64,000 nucleotides of DNA, from the NCBI RefSeq assembly GCF_009834535.1, contig NC_045697.1, positions 75,084,001 through 75,148,000 on the forward strand, read 5' to 3'. Below the pieces are notes generated by a model, which ran no database searches, was not told where the DNA came from, and saw only the letters and a program-made list of their open reading frames with translations. How positions within the stretch are numbered: the first letter of the stretch is position 1; every line of letters starts with the position of its first letter. Position numbers and translations under genes: made by a program. The DNA comes from Camelus ferus (lineage: Eukaryota). This document shows positions 1-13,989 of this stretch, in pieces.

Positions 1-125
1 CATTCTCATCTGTTATAGGGGAGCTGTAAAAATTCCTATTTCATTGGGTGATTATGAAGTTTAGTAGGTTAATGTATGTAGTATTTGGAACAGTGCTTGG
101 CACAAAGGGGTTGCTCAAAAATACA
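1..125 (+). mobile_element. MIR SINE fragment
   Basis: CTCATCTGT..AGGGG core and GAACAGTGCTTGGCACA match the MIR 3' half. Confidence 0.75.
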
Positions 126-1067
126 ATTATTATAATATTACTATGCAGGGTGAAATTCTTATAAGAGGGAAAATTACCCAAAAGCAGCAGTTGCTCAAAT
201 GTTATTTCACAGACCACAGGGTTCTTCACGTTTCATCAACCTGCTTACTGATCATGGCTCAATAGTGATAGTTGATGATTTAAAATAGAAAGTAAGTGGG
301 CTACGTTTGTTGTTTTGCTTAGCCAAGTCAAAGCAAATATAAAAGCTCTAAAATGTAAGAATAATTATATTGAATTATAGTTAACTACACATAATCAAGA
401 CTGAGGAAGTTAATAAAAAATGGGTAACAATGAGCTTTTTGAATTTCTAATATCTAAAAATATCGTTCCAAGTCAGTTACATTTTTTAATGTGGATCATT
501 TTTCACTTAATGGTTAATTTTAAAAAATAATACAGCTTTATTCTTCTTAAAAATATATTGAACTATAATTCATATGCCATGAAATTTACCCTTTTGAAGT
601 GTGCAGTTGTGTTTTTGAGTTATATTCACAATGTTGTGCAACTGCTACCACTATGAAATCCCAGAATTTTGTCATCCCTACAAAAAACAACCCTGTACTC
701 AATCCTCCTTGACAGTAGCCCTGAAAATCACTGATCTACTTTCTGTCTGTATAAATTTGCCTATTCTGGACATTTCTTATGAATGGCATCCTACAATATG
801 TGGCTTTTTGAGCCTAAGCTCTTTCATTTTGCATAATATTCTCAAAGTTCATCATGTTGTAGCATATATCACTACTTCATTGCCTTTTATGACGAAATAA
901 TACTTCATTTTATGAATGAACCACGTTTTTCTTATCCATTCATCAACTGATGGGCAATTCAGTGGTTTCTACTTTTAGGGTATTATAAATGTTTATAGGT
1001 TGCTATAAACATTGATATATTATATATATTGCGTAGCACCATTCTTTCTTTCTTTTAATTGCATATT

Positions 1068-1290
1068 CTTTTTTTTTGAAGTATAGTCAGTTTACAATGT
1101 GTCAATTTCTGGTATACAGCATAATGTTTCAGTCATACATATACATTCATACATTCATTTTCATATTATTTTTTTCATTATAGAGTACTACAAGATATTG
1201 AATATAGTTCCCTGTGCTATACAGAAGAAACTTGTTGTTTATCTATTTTATATATAGTAGTTAATATTTGCAAGTCTCAAATCCCCAATT
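1068..1290 (-). mobile_element. Short 5'-truncated lineage-specific L1 3' end
   Basis: poly-T then GAAGTATAGTCAGTTTACAATG; the same 3' end occurs at ~32210 and ~52880. Confidence 0.8.
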
Positions 1291-4200
1291 TAGAGGCATT
1301 GTATCATTAATGTGATTATGAACTTTAAAGTGAGATTGCTGGATATTATGATAACTCTATGTTTAACTTTTCAGGAACTTCCAAAATGTTCTCCAAAGTA
1401 GCTGCAGTATTTTACATTTTCACCAGTGATATATGAGGAGTCCATTTTTCCACACCCTGGGGGGAAAAAAAAAGAAACTTGGTATCTTGCATCTCTTTGA
1501 TTCTAGTTATCATAATGGATGTGAAGTGTTATCTAATTGTAGTTTCGATTTGTATTTCTCTGACAGCTAGTGATGTTGAGCATCTTTTCATATGCTTATT
1601 AGCAATTTCTTCATATATGGACTCATGGATATATATGTTATGCTTTGAGTTACAATCCATACAATTTTACTTATTTTATAACTCAAATTGTCCATTTCTT
1701 GAGGAGAAGTGTCCATTCAAATGCTTTGTCTATTTTTAAATTGGGATGTCTTTTTTATTGTTGAATTAGAAGAGTTCTTTATAAATTGTGAATAATTTCT
1801 TTTAACAGATATATGAATTACAAATATTTTCTTCATTCTGTAGGCTGTCTTTTTTTTTTTTTTTTTTTGGACAGTGTCCTTTGAAGCACAAAAGTTACTA
1901 ATTTTGATGAAGTCCAGTTTATCTATTTTTTTCTTTTGGTTTGTGTTTTTGATATAATTTACCAGAAACTATTACCGAATGAAGTTTATTAAAATTTATA
2001 CTTCTGTTTTCTTGCAATAGTTTATTCTTTCATCTCTTACATTTAGATCTCTGACCTAATTTGTGTTAATTTTGATGTCTGGTGTAAGGGAGGGGTTCAG
2101 CTTTCTAATTTTGCATTGCCATACCCAGCTGTCCCTGTACTCTTCTTTACCCACTGAATTGTCCTGGCATCTTTGGTGAAAATGAATTGTGTATGAGAAT
2201 TTACTTCTGGACCCTCAGTTATATTCAAATGATCTATCTGTTTTTGGTCAGAAGCTTTGAAATTAAAAAGTGTCAGTCCTCCAACTTTGTTCTTCTTTTT
2301 TAAGATTGTTTTGGGTAATCTGGCATTCTTAAACTTCATATGAATTTTAGGATCACCTTGTAAACTTCTGAAAAAAGGGCATCTGGGATTTTGATAGGGA
2401 TCACATTGACTCTGTAGATCAATTTGGAGAGTATTACATCCTAACAATATTAAGACATCAGATCCCTGAACACAGAAGTTATCTTTCCATTTACTTAGGC
2501 CTTCTTTAATTTCTTTCAATGAAGTTTTATAGCCTCCAGTGTACAAGTTTTACACTTCTTTTGGTAAATTTATTCCTAGGTATTTTATTGTTTTGATCCT
2601 ATTACAAATGGAATTTTTAAATTTCCTTTTGGAATGTTCATTGTAGTGACAGAAATACAGTTGCTTTTTATTGATCTTTTATCTTAAAACTTAGCTGAAC
2701 ATGTTAATGTTACTAATTTTTTTATGGATTCCCTAGGATTTTGCCTAGAACCTCTTTAACAGGTTCATGTTATTTGTGATTAGCAATAATTTTACTTTTT
2801 CCTTTTTAATCTGGAAGCCTTTTCTTTTTCTTACATAATTTTCCTGGCTAGAAACTTTAGTACAGTACAGTATGGTAAGCACAGACCATCTTTGACCTGT
2901 TCCTGATCTTAGAGGGAAAGATTCTATCTTTAATCTTTATGTATGATATTAAAAGTGTGTTTTCCATAGTTGCTCTTGATCAAGTTGGAGATATTCCCTT
3001 CTATTCCTAATTTATTGAACATTTTTTAACATAAAATGGTGCTGGGTTTTGTCAGATGTTCTTATGTACCTGTTGAGATGATTACATTTAAAATTTTTAA
3101 TTTTATTAATATGGTGTATTTCATTGATTGATTTTCTATATTGAACTAACCTAGCATTACTGAGATCATTCACACTGGTCATAGTGTATTATCCCTTTCA
3201 TATGCTGAAGGATTTTGACTTCTAATTTTGTTGATAATTTTTGTGTCTACATTCATGTGTGATATTTGTAGTTGTTTTTTTTTTTTTTCTTTTGCTACCT
3301 TTGTCTGGTTTTAGTATCAGAGTAATACTAGTTTCAGAGAATGAGTAAGGGAGTGTGGTCCTCTTAAAGATTTTTATGAAGGGTTGTTGTTAATTCTTCG
3401 TAAATATTATGTAGAATATACCAGTGGAATCTTCTTGTCATAAGCTTTTCTTTGTAGGGAAGGATTTAATTGCTGATTTAGTCCATTATTATACTTCTAT
3501 TTAGAGTTCCCATTTCTTCTTGAGGTAGTTTTGGTACTTTGTGTCTTTATGGGAATCTCTCCATTTCCTCTAGATTATCTAATTAATCTTTTGATAGAAT
3601 GGTATTCATATGTTCACTTACTATCATTTTTACTTCTGTTAGGTCAACAATAATGTCACCTCCTTTATTACCAATTTTAGTAACTTAACTTTTGCTTTCT
3701 TTATTTCTTGGTCAACCTGGCAGAAGGATGATCAATTTTGCTAATCTTTTTTTTAAGAATTTACTTTTTGTTTTGTTGATTTCCACCCCCCGCCCCCATC
3801 TCTATTTCACTTATTTTCTGTTTAATCTTTATAATATCCTTAGTTTTCTGCTTGCTTGGGGTTTAGTTTACTCTCTTTCTTTAAGCCTCTAAGATTTGGT
3901 TATTGATTTATTTTGCCTTTTTTAGTATATACATTTACTGCTATAAATTTTCTCTCTCAGAACTGCCTTTGCTACATCTTGTAAGTTTTGGAATGTTGTA
4001 TTTTTATTTTCATTTACTTCAAAGTAGTTTCTAATTTCCCTTGTGTTTTCTTCTTTGTCCCATTGATTATTTATAAATATGTTGTTTGATATCCACGTGT
4101 TAATAAATTTCTCAGATTTCTTCTGTCCTTGATTTTTAATTTTGTTCTATCATGGTTGGTAGTATACTTTGTATGATTTCGAGGCTTTTAAGTTCTTTGA

Positions 4201-5244
4201 AGCTTTTTTTATGGTCCAACATATAAAATATCCTGAAGAATGTCTCATATGCTCTTGAGAAGAATATTTATTCTCCTTTCTTGGATGGAGTATTTTATAA
4301 ATCTGTTAGTTCTAGTTGATTTGTAGTGTTGCTCAAGTATTTACTTCTAATTGATAATCAGTCTAGTTGCTTGAATGATTATGAAGAATGAGATACTGAA
4401 ATCTCCAACTATTGTGGAATTTTCTATTTCTCCTCTCAGTTCTCTCAGTATCTTAGAGCTGCGTTATTAGATGCATATATTTTTATAGTTTTGTCTTTTT
4501 TAATGGATTGACACTTTTATCAGTGTAAAATCCCTCTTTGCGTTTAATAACAATTTTTATCTTAAAGTCTGTTTATGTCTCATATTAGTATAGCTATTGT
4601 AGCCTTTTCTTTATAAGTTGCATGTTACATCTTTTTCCATCCTCTTAATATCAACATATTTACGTCTTTAAATCTAAAACGTGTCTTTTCTAGGGGGCAT
4701 ATATTTGGATCATAGGGGATTTTATTGTTTGGTTTTTGTTTTTCACTATCTATTGTTTCAGTTTTTGCCTGTTGATGGTCATCTTTAATGCATTTATGTT
4801 TTATATAACTGATGATAAGGTAGAATTTATGCTTGCCATTTTATTATTTGTTTTCTATATGTCATTATGTTTCTCTCTTCTCTGTATACAACTGTATACA
4901 TTACATACCTACTAACATAGATTTCTAATCATTGTTTTATGCAGTTGTCTATTAAACCAGATAGGAGGAGAAAAGTTACAATAAAATACTTTTATACTTT
5001 TTTTTATATTTACCTACGTAGTGCCCTTTATTTCTTAATGTACATTTAACTTATTCTTAGTGTCCTTTCATTTTAGCCTGAAAGATTTTCTTTAATTTTT
5101 CTTGTAGGGCACACCATTAGTGTTGAATTCTCTCAAGTTTTATTTATCTGGCAATTTCTTACTTTCTCTGCCATTTTTGAAGAATTATTGTACTGCATAT
5201 TTAACTCCCGAGTGACAGTTTAATTTTTTTTCTTTCATTCCTTT

Positions 5245-7083
5245 GCTTTCTTTTTTTTTATATAAACATTTTTATTGAGTTATAGTCATTTTACAATGTC
5301 AAATTCCAGTGTAGAGCACAATTTTTCAGTTATACATGAACATACATACATTCATTGTCACATTCTCTTCCGCTGTGAGCCACCACAAGATCCTGTATAT
5401 ATTTCCCTGTGCTACACAGTACAATCTTGTTTATCTATTCTACATTTGGAAATCCCAGTCCCTCCCCCCATCCCCCTGGCAACCACAAGTTTGTATTCTA
5501 TGTCTATGAGTCTGTTTCTGTTTTGTATTTTTGTTTTTTGTTTGTTTGTGTTTTTTTTTTTTTTTTTTAGATTCTGCATATGAGTGATCTCATATGGCAT
5601 TTTTCTTTCTCTTTCTGGCTTACTTCACTTAGAACGACATTCTCTAGTAGCATCCATGTTGCTGCAAATGGCATTATGTTGTTGGTTTTTATGGCTGAAT
5701 AGTATTCCATTGTATAAATATACCACCTCTTCCTTGTCATCTGTTGATGGACATTTAGGCTGTTTTCATGTCCTGGCTATTGTAAATAGTGCTGCTATGA
5801 ACACTGGGGTGCAGGTATCATTTTGAAGTAGGGTTCCTTCTGGATATATGCCCAGGAGCGGGATTCCTGGGTCATACAGTAAGTCGATTCCTAGTCTTTT
5901 GAGGAATCTCCATACTGTTTTCCACAGTGGCTGCACCAAACTGCATTCCCACCAGCAGTGTAGGAGGGTTCCTTTTTCTCCACAGCTTCTCCAGCATGTG
6001 TCATTTGTGGACTTTTGAATTATGGCCATTCTGACTGATGTGAGGTGATCCCTCATTGTGGTTTTGATTTGCATTTCTCTGATAATTAGTGATATTGAGC
6101 ATTTTTTCATGTGCCTATTGATCATTTGTATTTCCTCCTTGGAGAATTGCTTGTTTAGGTCTTTTGCCCATTTTTGGATTAGGTTGTTTGTTTTTTTCTT
6201 ACTAAATTGTGTGAGCTGCTTATATATTCTGGAGATCAAGCCTTTTTGCGTTTCATTTGCAAACATTTTCTCCCATTCTATAGGTTGTCTTTTTGTTTTA
6301 CTTATGGTTTTTTTTTGCTGCGCAGAAGCTTGTGATTTTCATTAGGTCCCATTTGTTTATTCTTGCTTTTATTTCTATTGCTTGGGTATATTGTTCTAGG
6401 AGAACATTTTTGAGATGTATGTTAGGTAATGTTTTGCGTATATTTTCTTCTAGGTGGTTTATTGTATCTTGTCTTATGTTTAAATCTTTGATCCATTTTG
6501 AGTTGATTTTTGTGTATGGTCTAAGGGAGTGTTCTAGCTTCAATGATTTACATGCTGCTGTCCAGTTTTCCCAACACCATTTGCTGAAGAGACTGTCTTT
6601 ATTCCATTGTATATTCTTGCCTCCTTTGTCGAAGATTAATTGACCAAAAGTTTGTGGATTCATTTCTGGGCTCTCTATTCTGTTCCATTGGTCCATATGT
6701 CTGTTTTTGTACCAGTACCATGCTGTCTTGATTACTGTAGCTCTGTAGTATTGTCTGAAGTCTGGGAGAGTTTTTCCTCCAGCCTCTTTCTTTTTCTTCA
6801 GTAATGCTTTGGCAATTCTAGGTCTTTTGTGGTTCCATGTAAATTTTATTATGATTTGTTCTAGTTCTGTGAAATATGTCCTGGGTAATTTGATAGGGAT
6901 TGCATTAAATCTGTAGATTACCTTGGGCAGTATGACCATTTTAGCAATATTGATTCTTCCAATCCAGGAGCATGGGATATCTTTCCATTTTTTAAAGTCT
7001 TCTTTAATTTCCTTCATCAGTGTTTTATAGTTTTCCATGTCTTTCACCTCCTTGGTTAGATTTACTCCTAGGTATTTTATTAC
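5245..7083 (-). mobile_element. Young 5'-truncated L1 (camelid type) with 14-bp TSD
   Basis: TSD TCTTTCATTCCTTT at 5231-5244 and 7084-7097; poly-A tail; long ORF2 remnants. Confidence 0.95.
5766..7083 (-). pseudogene. L1 ORF2p C-terminal remnant (end of RT region to Cys-rich domain), frameshifted
   Basis: ORFs 6298-7107 ([43 protein letters not shown]) and 5766-6266 ([18 protein letters not shown]); break at the T-run ~6308-6317. Confidence 0.95.
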
Positions 7084-9016
7084 TCTTTCATTCCTTTTCA
7101 ATGTCATCTCACTGCCTTTTTGCCTCCATTATTTCTGATGAGACTGTTAATCTTAATGAGACCCCTAGTACATGATGAGTTATTTCTCTGTTGTTGATTT
7201 CAAGATTTTCTTTGTTTTTTGATAGTTTGATTATGTTGTGTCTAGTTGCCACTCTTTTTGACTTTATTGTAGTTGGAGTTTATGGAGCTTCTTAAATGTA
7301 TAAATTAGTGATTTTCATCAAATTTGATGTTTTTGCTATTATGTCTTCAAAGTTTTTTGCCCCTGTCTCTTTATTCTTTCCTTCTGTGACTCCCATTGTG
7401 CTTTTGTTGGCACATCAAATGGTGTTCCCACAGGTATTTGAGGCACTGTTCATTTTTCTTTATTTCTCTTCTTTCTCTTCCTCTAATGGGGTAATCTCAA
7501 TTGGTCTAGCATCAAGTTTGCTAATTCTTTCTTCTGCCCACTCAAATTTCCTACTGTGTCCCTTTAGTAAAATTTTCTTTTCAGTGGCTTTCTTTGGAAA
7601 TAGTAATTTTCAATGCCACCATTTCCATTTGGTAATTTTTTGATACTCTCTTTTTGTGAGACATCATTTTCATACTTTCCTTTAGTTCTTTACACATGGT
7701 TTTCTTTAGTTCTTTGAACACACCTAAAATAGCAGCTTTAAAGTCTTTGTCTAGTAAGCACAATATCTGGGTTTCCTCAGGGCTGGTTTCTATAGACCTT
7801 TTTCCTATGTATAGGACATACTTTTTTGTTTCTTTGAATATAAGAAACATTGATGATTTTTATTGAAAAGTAAATGTATTTGAAATAATATTATGTGGTA
7901 GCTCTGAAATCAGTTCTTATACAAACACCCAGCAGTTGTTATTGTTGTTATTGTCACTGTTCATTTGTTTAGTGACTTGCTTGAACCACTTAAGTAACAT
8001 GTGTTTACTACGTGTAGCCTCTGAAGTGTCTACTCAGTGATCAGCTTATGATTGTATAGAAAGATCCTACATTCCCAGAACTAAAACATCTCCCAGCTTT
8101 TGCTGAGGAGCTCTCTGTGCATGTGGGGGTATTCCTTTAATGATTCAGGATTCAGTTAACCACTCTTCCTTAGCCTTTACTTACTGCTTATACAGAGCCT
8201 CAAGGCCAGGTAGAGGTGAGACCGTAGGACCTTCTCAGACTTTTTCTGGGCATACACAGAACCCTGAGCTCGTGAATATCTGTGCATGTGCTTAGCCTTC
8301 TGGATTTCCAAGAATACATTGAAAGTATTCAAAGTCCTCTGTGGACATCTCATTCCAAGGTTTTCCTTTTTTTCTGATTTATGCTTTTCCTCATTTGGTA
8401 GACCAAGGACAATTCTTTTATAAGTGACAGGAACTCAATTTGTCACTGCTTATAACTCATTCAAATTAAGAAAACTATAAATACAGAGGGATAAGACAGA
8501 AGAAAAGGGTGATAATACAGAGAAAAGTATTAGCAAACTGATGTTACCGAAGAAAGATGCAGAAACAATTGATTTAAAATGTTTCCTGAAAAGTAAAAAA
8601 TAACTTACTGAATTCCAGAAAAATTGGAAAAATCAGCACAGATACTTTGGCTGATGAGATTTTTATTTGCAGTGATGAAGATTTATAAATATTCAGGCAG
8701 AATATCACCTGTGAAGGATTAAATAAAAATAAGGTTGTCTCAGACTACCTCATGATTTAGATGCTAGAATAAAGTGTAGCTATTAAATAGAATATAGGGG
8801 AAGTAGGGGGTGGTGGGGGTGTTACTAGCCCATTCTTAACAATTTAAAAGAATCAGATATTTTCTGTTACGCTGTTCACAGAAGGAAGTAATAGACATTC
8901 TTAAATATCACAGATAACATTAGAGAAAGTGGTACATTGATAGTCAATAAAAATTAGATTAATAAAGTAGACTGTAAGTAACTATGGTAAATTCAGTTAT
9001 AAAATAAAATGTGACA

Positions 9017-9813
9017 AAAAGGGGTGGGTGGGGAGGAATAAATTGGAAGCTTGGGATTTGTAGATTTTAACTGCTACATGTAAAATAAATGAATAACAAG
9101 GACCTACTGTATAGCACAGGGAACTATATTCAATGCCTTTGTAATAGCCTATAGTGAAAAAGAATATGAAAAGGAATATATATATATATACATATATATT
9201 CCTTTATATATATGTTGTAGACTGAAATAAAATCACACAACGTGAGAGTTATGGGTTGTTTTATTTGGGGCAAAATGAGGACTATAGCCCAGGAGACAGC
9301 ATCCTGGAAAGCTCTGAGAAACTGTTCCAAAGAGGCAGGGGGAATACCCAGTATTATATACGATTTCAGTGAAGGTAGGTACGTGCAGTCATGCACACAA
9401 CTAGGCAGAGACTTGCTGCTAGTCACTAGGAGCAGATGTCACCGTTAATTATTTTAGTGCTTTTTTAGATATGAGGAGGTGCAAGAATTGGGGTCATAAA
9501 ATCATCTCCTGAAAATATCTAAGTATCTGAAGGCCTGTTCAGCCAGTTTTCCCAGAGCACAAAGTGCCTCATTCCTGACCTCCATCCTGAACTCCTTTCA
9601 GCATGTTAGAGTTCAGCAGCTACAGCGGTTTGTGAGTTAATCCAAGCAGAGTTAGATGGCAAGTGCCAACGTGAGCCAATTCTTGTAGAGGCAGATGGCA
9701 AGGGTCAGTTGTAGTTTTATATATTTATATGTATTTTTATTTATATATATGAACTGAATTGCTATGCTGTATACCAGAAATTAACACAACATTGTAAATT
9801 GACTATAATAAAA
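9017..9813 (+). mobile_element. L1 3'-end fragment with 16-bp TSD, split by an LTR
   Basis: CTACTGTATAGCACAGGGAACTATATTCAA ... ACAACATTGTAAATTGACTAT; TSD AAAATAAAATG(T/A)GACA at 9001-9016 and 9814-9829. Confidence 0.88.
9216..9717 (-). mobile_element. Solo ERV1 LTR, MER41-like (artiodactyl type)
   Basis: TGTAGACTGAAA...GTTTTATTTGGGGCAAAATGAGGACTATAGCCCAGGAGACAGC start and repeated AGATGGCAAG end; sits in the TA tract of the L1. Confidence 0.75.
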
Positions 9814-10027
9814 AAAATAAAATGAGACAGTTTCAATTTTGAAAGAAAAGTTACAATATGCAATATTTACATTAATATTGTTAATATGCCATAAACATTA
9901 ACATTAAAATGTTAATATGCCAAAAGAACTTACCAGAAAACTCTATAGGCTCAGTAAATGTCATTTTTTTTAATTGATAGATGTCAGTATATCTAATATC
10001 ATTTTGGTTACTGAGAATATATATAAA

Positions 10028-12487
10028 TGTATTAGTTTTCTATTGTTGCTATGACAAATTACCAAAAATTTAGTGGCTTAAAACAACGCAAATAATAATT
10101 GTCTTAAAGTTTCCTATAGGTCTTAAGACCAACATAGATCTCTCTGGGCTAAGATGAAGGTGTCAGCAGGGAGAGTCCTTTCTGGAGGCTTTAGAAGAGA
10201 GTCTGTTTCCTTGCCTTTTCCAGCTTCTAAGAGTTGAGTGCTTTCTTTGCCTTGCTCCCCTCTTCTCTGTCTTCAAAGCCAGTTGTATTAGACTGCGTCC
10301 TCATGCTGTCATTGCTTGTGTTTTTCCCTCTTCTGCCTTCCTCTTTCTTATGTAAGGACCTTTGAGATTACATTGGGCCCACCCATATAATCTGTGTTAA
10401 TAGCTCCATCTCAAATCCAGCTGATTCCATTTGCAACCATTGTAACTTTAATTCCATTTGCAACCATTGTAACTTTAACTACATTTGCAACCATAAATTC
10501 CCATTGTCGTGTAACCTAACATATTCATAGTTTTCAAGGATTAGGGCAGGTACATCTTTGTGCAGTTATTTTTATCTCCTCAGTGTGCCCTGACCCCTCA
10601 AAGATTCACATGTAAAAAACATTTATCCCATCCTAAAATTCCCAAAAATCTCAACTAATTAGAGCATTAAATCAAGTCCAAAATTGCATCTAAGTCTCAT
10701 TAGTTCAAAAATTCAAAATCTCATCATTTCAGTTAGTATGAGAGAGCCTCCAGTTATAATTCATCCTGGGACACAACTGTTTTCATCTATAAACTTATGA
10801 AACTCAAGAAATAAACTTTGCTTCCAAAACACAGTGGTGGGACAAGCATAAGATACTAGTTATAGACATTCTGATTCAGAAACGAGAAAATAAACTACCC
10901 GTCCAAAGCAATTTCAAAATCCAGGCAGGTGAACTCCATTTGATTTCAAGGCCTGGAATTCATTATCTATGGTTCTAAGCCCAGGTGACTCTGAGCTATC
11001 TTTCCTTATTTATGAAATGTGGTTCATTTTATAGCTGATTTTTATCAGACTATTTACAATTTGTAGAATTTGGGCTGTCAATCCTTTTTAATTCAAGCTG
11101 GTTGAGTTTTTGTTGATGTATGAAACTTGAGGATCTCCTTTGTATGTCATGGAAATTCACTCCATTAGATAAGACATTAGTTGATAATCTTTCAAGATTG
11201 TCTTTGATGTCTTTCCTAGATAATCCCTTATCTATCTTTGTCTCCTGCTGAGATGATTTGGGGGACATCTGAATCACATGCTTAATAATTTCGGAGAGTC
11301 TTTGTGACTGAATATACTGACCTTTTCATCTTTCTGATCTTTCTGAGGTATTAGCAAAGGATTATCCAGCCACACTCTTAATTTATATTCTAGAACACAC
11401 TTTTCTGACAGTGGGAATCTCTTAATTTTAGTGTCTTTGTGATCTGAACAGGCTGAATATTTCTTAAATCACCAAGTTCTAGTTCCCTTTTCCATTTTAC
11501 ATTTTACTATAAGCCACAAGAGGGAACTTGGCCACATCTACATTTTGCGTGGTAAGTTTCTCATCTGAATGTACAATTTCATCATTTAAAATTCTGCTTG
11601 TCACAGAACAGTGGAACACAGTTTTGCTAAGCTTTCTACCCTGTGTAACAAGGATCCTCTTTCCTCCACTTTGCAATAACATTTTCCTCGTTTACTTCAG
11701 ATTCTTCCCTAGCACTACCTTTCACATCCATATTTTTACCAACAGTGTGTTTGTGATGATTTAAGTATTCTTTGAGGTAATATATGTTTTTGTTACATGC
11801 TTCTCCCTTTTATCTCATCCCTCACTAGCAGAGATTTTAACATCCATATGTCTACTAGGAGTCTGTTCAAGGGAATTCAGGCCTTTTTCTATTATGCTCC
11901 TCAGAATTCTTCCAGCCTCTGTCTACCATCCAATTCCAAAGCCATGCCCACCTTTTAGGTATTTGATATAGAAGCACCACACTTCCAGGCACCAAAATCT
12001 GTTTTAGTTTTGCATTGTTGCTGTGACAAGTTATCACAAATTTAGGTTAGAACAACAAAAATTCCTTTCACAATTCTGGGGATCAGAAGTCCAAAACAGA
12101 TCTCACTAGGTTAAGATCAAGATGTTGGTAGAGTGATTCTTATCTGGAGGCTCTAAGAGGGAAGTTATTTCCTTGCCTTTTCTAGCTTCTAGAGGCTGTC
12201 CTTTTTCCTCTGCTTATTCTCTCCTTTCTCCGTCTTAAAAGCCAGTGATGCCCGGCCAAGTCCTTCTCACACTGCCATCTCTCTGATTCTCTCTCTTCCA
12301 TTTATAAATACTCTTGAGACTATATTGCGCCCACTCAGATAATCCAGGATAATATCCCCAGCATGTCATCTGATTAGCAATCTTAATTTCATCTGTAACC
12401 ATAACTCCCCTTTTCCACGTAACCTAACATATTCTCTGGGAATTAGAGCATGGAAATCTTTGGGGAACCATCGTTCTTTCTGCCACA
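10028..12487 (-). mobile_element. Complete MaLR (MLT1-type) element: LTR ~10028-10582, internal ~10583-11999, LTR 12000-12487
   Basis: Two direct ~500-bp repeats (TGT.TTAGTTTT..ATTGTTGCT.TGACAA; TTTCCTTGCCTTTTC.AGCTTCTA; CGT..AACCTAACATATTC) around a 1.4-kb MLT-int-like region ending GGCACCAAAATC. Confidence 0.9.
10424..10495. repeat. 27-bp tandem repeat, ~2.6 copies
   Basis: ATTCCATTTGCAACCATTGTAACTTTA at 10424-10450 and 10451-10477, partial third copy. Confidence 0.95.
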
Positions 12488-13394
12488 GTATTATAAACTG
12501 TCTCATAACCATTGGTAGACTAAACAGATTCTGATATAAAAACAGTGCTTAGTGAAAATTACTTATACCTGAGAATTGGCTTAAACCTCTGTTTAGAGAG
12601 GGGAGTTAATAACGTAAATAATCCCCTTTCTAACCTAGCCAATAAGAATAAAAATAGGAATCACTGATACTATAAATAAAAAGGGGAAATTTACTCTTAG
12701 AGATTAAAAGAACTATAAGGCAGTACTTTTTAGAGTAATATAAATTTCATGTAGGAAATAAAATATGTAAATAACTAAATTATGTAACTGTATTGAGAAA
12801 AAGAACTTCTTTTTACTGTAGGAAGGTACACCAAACTCCTTAGTTTAAGCCTGGAATTGTGTAAAATATTATCAAGCTTGTGCTTCTTGGATCTTTAATT
12901 TGCAAATTCCTTATTCAGCATGGACTAATGAGATGCTCAAAGGTGCCAAAGTATAAACAGTGTGATGCTTAAAGAACATCTAGACTTGGATGTTAAAAGG
13001 CAAAATGGATGGTGTTATTGAGAAATGGGGATTGAAATAGGGTTTTTGTGAAAGAATACATATTAAATGGTAGATAATGAGTCGTTTCCCCCAACTTCCT
13101 TCTGTAATGCTGTTGGCCTGGCATATTCCACAGAGAGTTTGTTCTCTATAAGAGAAATTATATAACTACATAGAAAAATAACTGCCTACTGAAATATGAA
13201 ACTCCCAAAAGAAAATAACCAGCTTGGTACCTGATTACCCTGTAGTGAATCCCAATACCAAGCTTCCAACCAGTTTATTAATGTTTCATCCTTAAATATG
13301 AAGGGATAGTCATATTTGAGGGAAGATTTCAACAAGAAAGTGAAAAACAAAGCAAAACAATGGACAAAAAAAACAACAAGTAAGAAAAATAAGG

Positions 13395-13925
13395 AAGAAA
13401 CTCAGGCTTGCTGCTCAAAAGCCAGTAATTTAAGAGCCAGTGTTGGTAGAAAGGAAAGTTGCTTTATTCAGAAAAGCTGGCAATTTAGGGAGAAGGTGGA
13501 CTCGTGTCCCAAGACCAACTCCAAAGATTCTGCTCAGCTGTGACAGTTTTTTAAAGGGAAAAAAGGGAAATAACCTCAGTTAATCACTGAGGCTGAAGGT
13601 TACATTCTGTGTCATTTTCCATTCTGTGTGAGCTGGCTGATCCTTATGATCTTTCTTCAGATGTTATCTTGCCAGCATGGTCTACCTGTAGGATTGCTTA
13701 AGGGGGAAGCTGGCATAGGGAGCCAGTAGTTCTTTACCTGCTTTATTCTGCATTCTTACTCCTTTTAATCCAGGAGAGGAATCAACAGGTCAGGCAAGGC
13801 ATTGTGTACATTCTGTAGAGCAGAAGTCAGGATTTAGGTTAAATGTTACCTGGTGATCTAATTTTTATAGGGTCAAGGGGAGTGGAAATAGATAAACAGG
13901 AAAAAAGCAAAAGAACCGTTTAACA
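13395..13925 (-). mobile_element. Solo ERV1-class LTR
   Basis: GCTGCTCAAAAGCCAG...TTGGTAGAAAGGAAAGTTGCTTTATT (antisense AATAAA)...GGACTCGTGTCCCAAG; ends TTTAACA. Confidence 0.7.
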
Positions 13926-13989
13926 ATGTAGACGTGACACAGTTAGTGATGTGAATGTACATATGCAAATTAACCATTCTGTACAAGTA

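Larger units (their letters stand above)
520..8380 (-). mobile_element. Old near-full-length L1 (L1MB-like), degraded and interrupted by younger L1s
   Basis: L1MB-type 3' end at ~520-900; ORF2 remnant 2097-2546 (KTILKKKNKVGGLTL); ORF1 remnant 7581-7850 (LLDKDFKAAILGVFKELK); 5' region to ~8380. Confidence 0.85.

Noticed and set aside
5275..6643. Hydrophobic plus-strand ORFs (also 25049-25704, 44546-44932)
   Set aside because: Antisense readings of L1 sequence.
10424..10495. CRISPR-like direct repeats
   Set aside because: Head-to-tail units with no spacers, inside a mammalian LTR.
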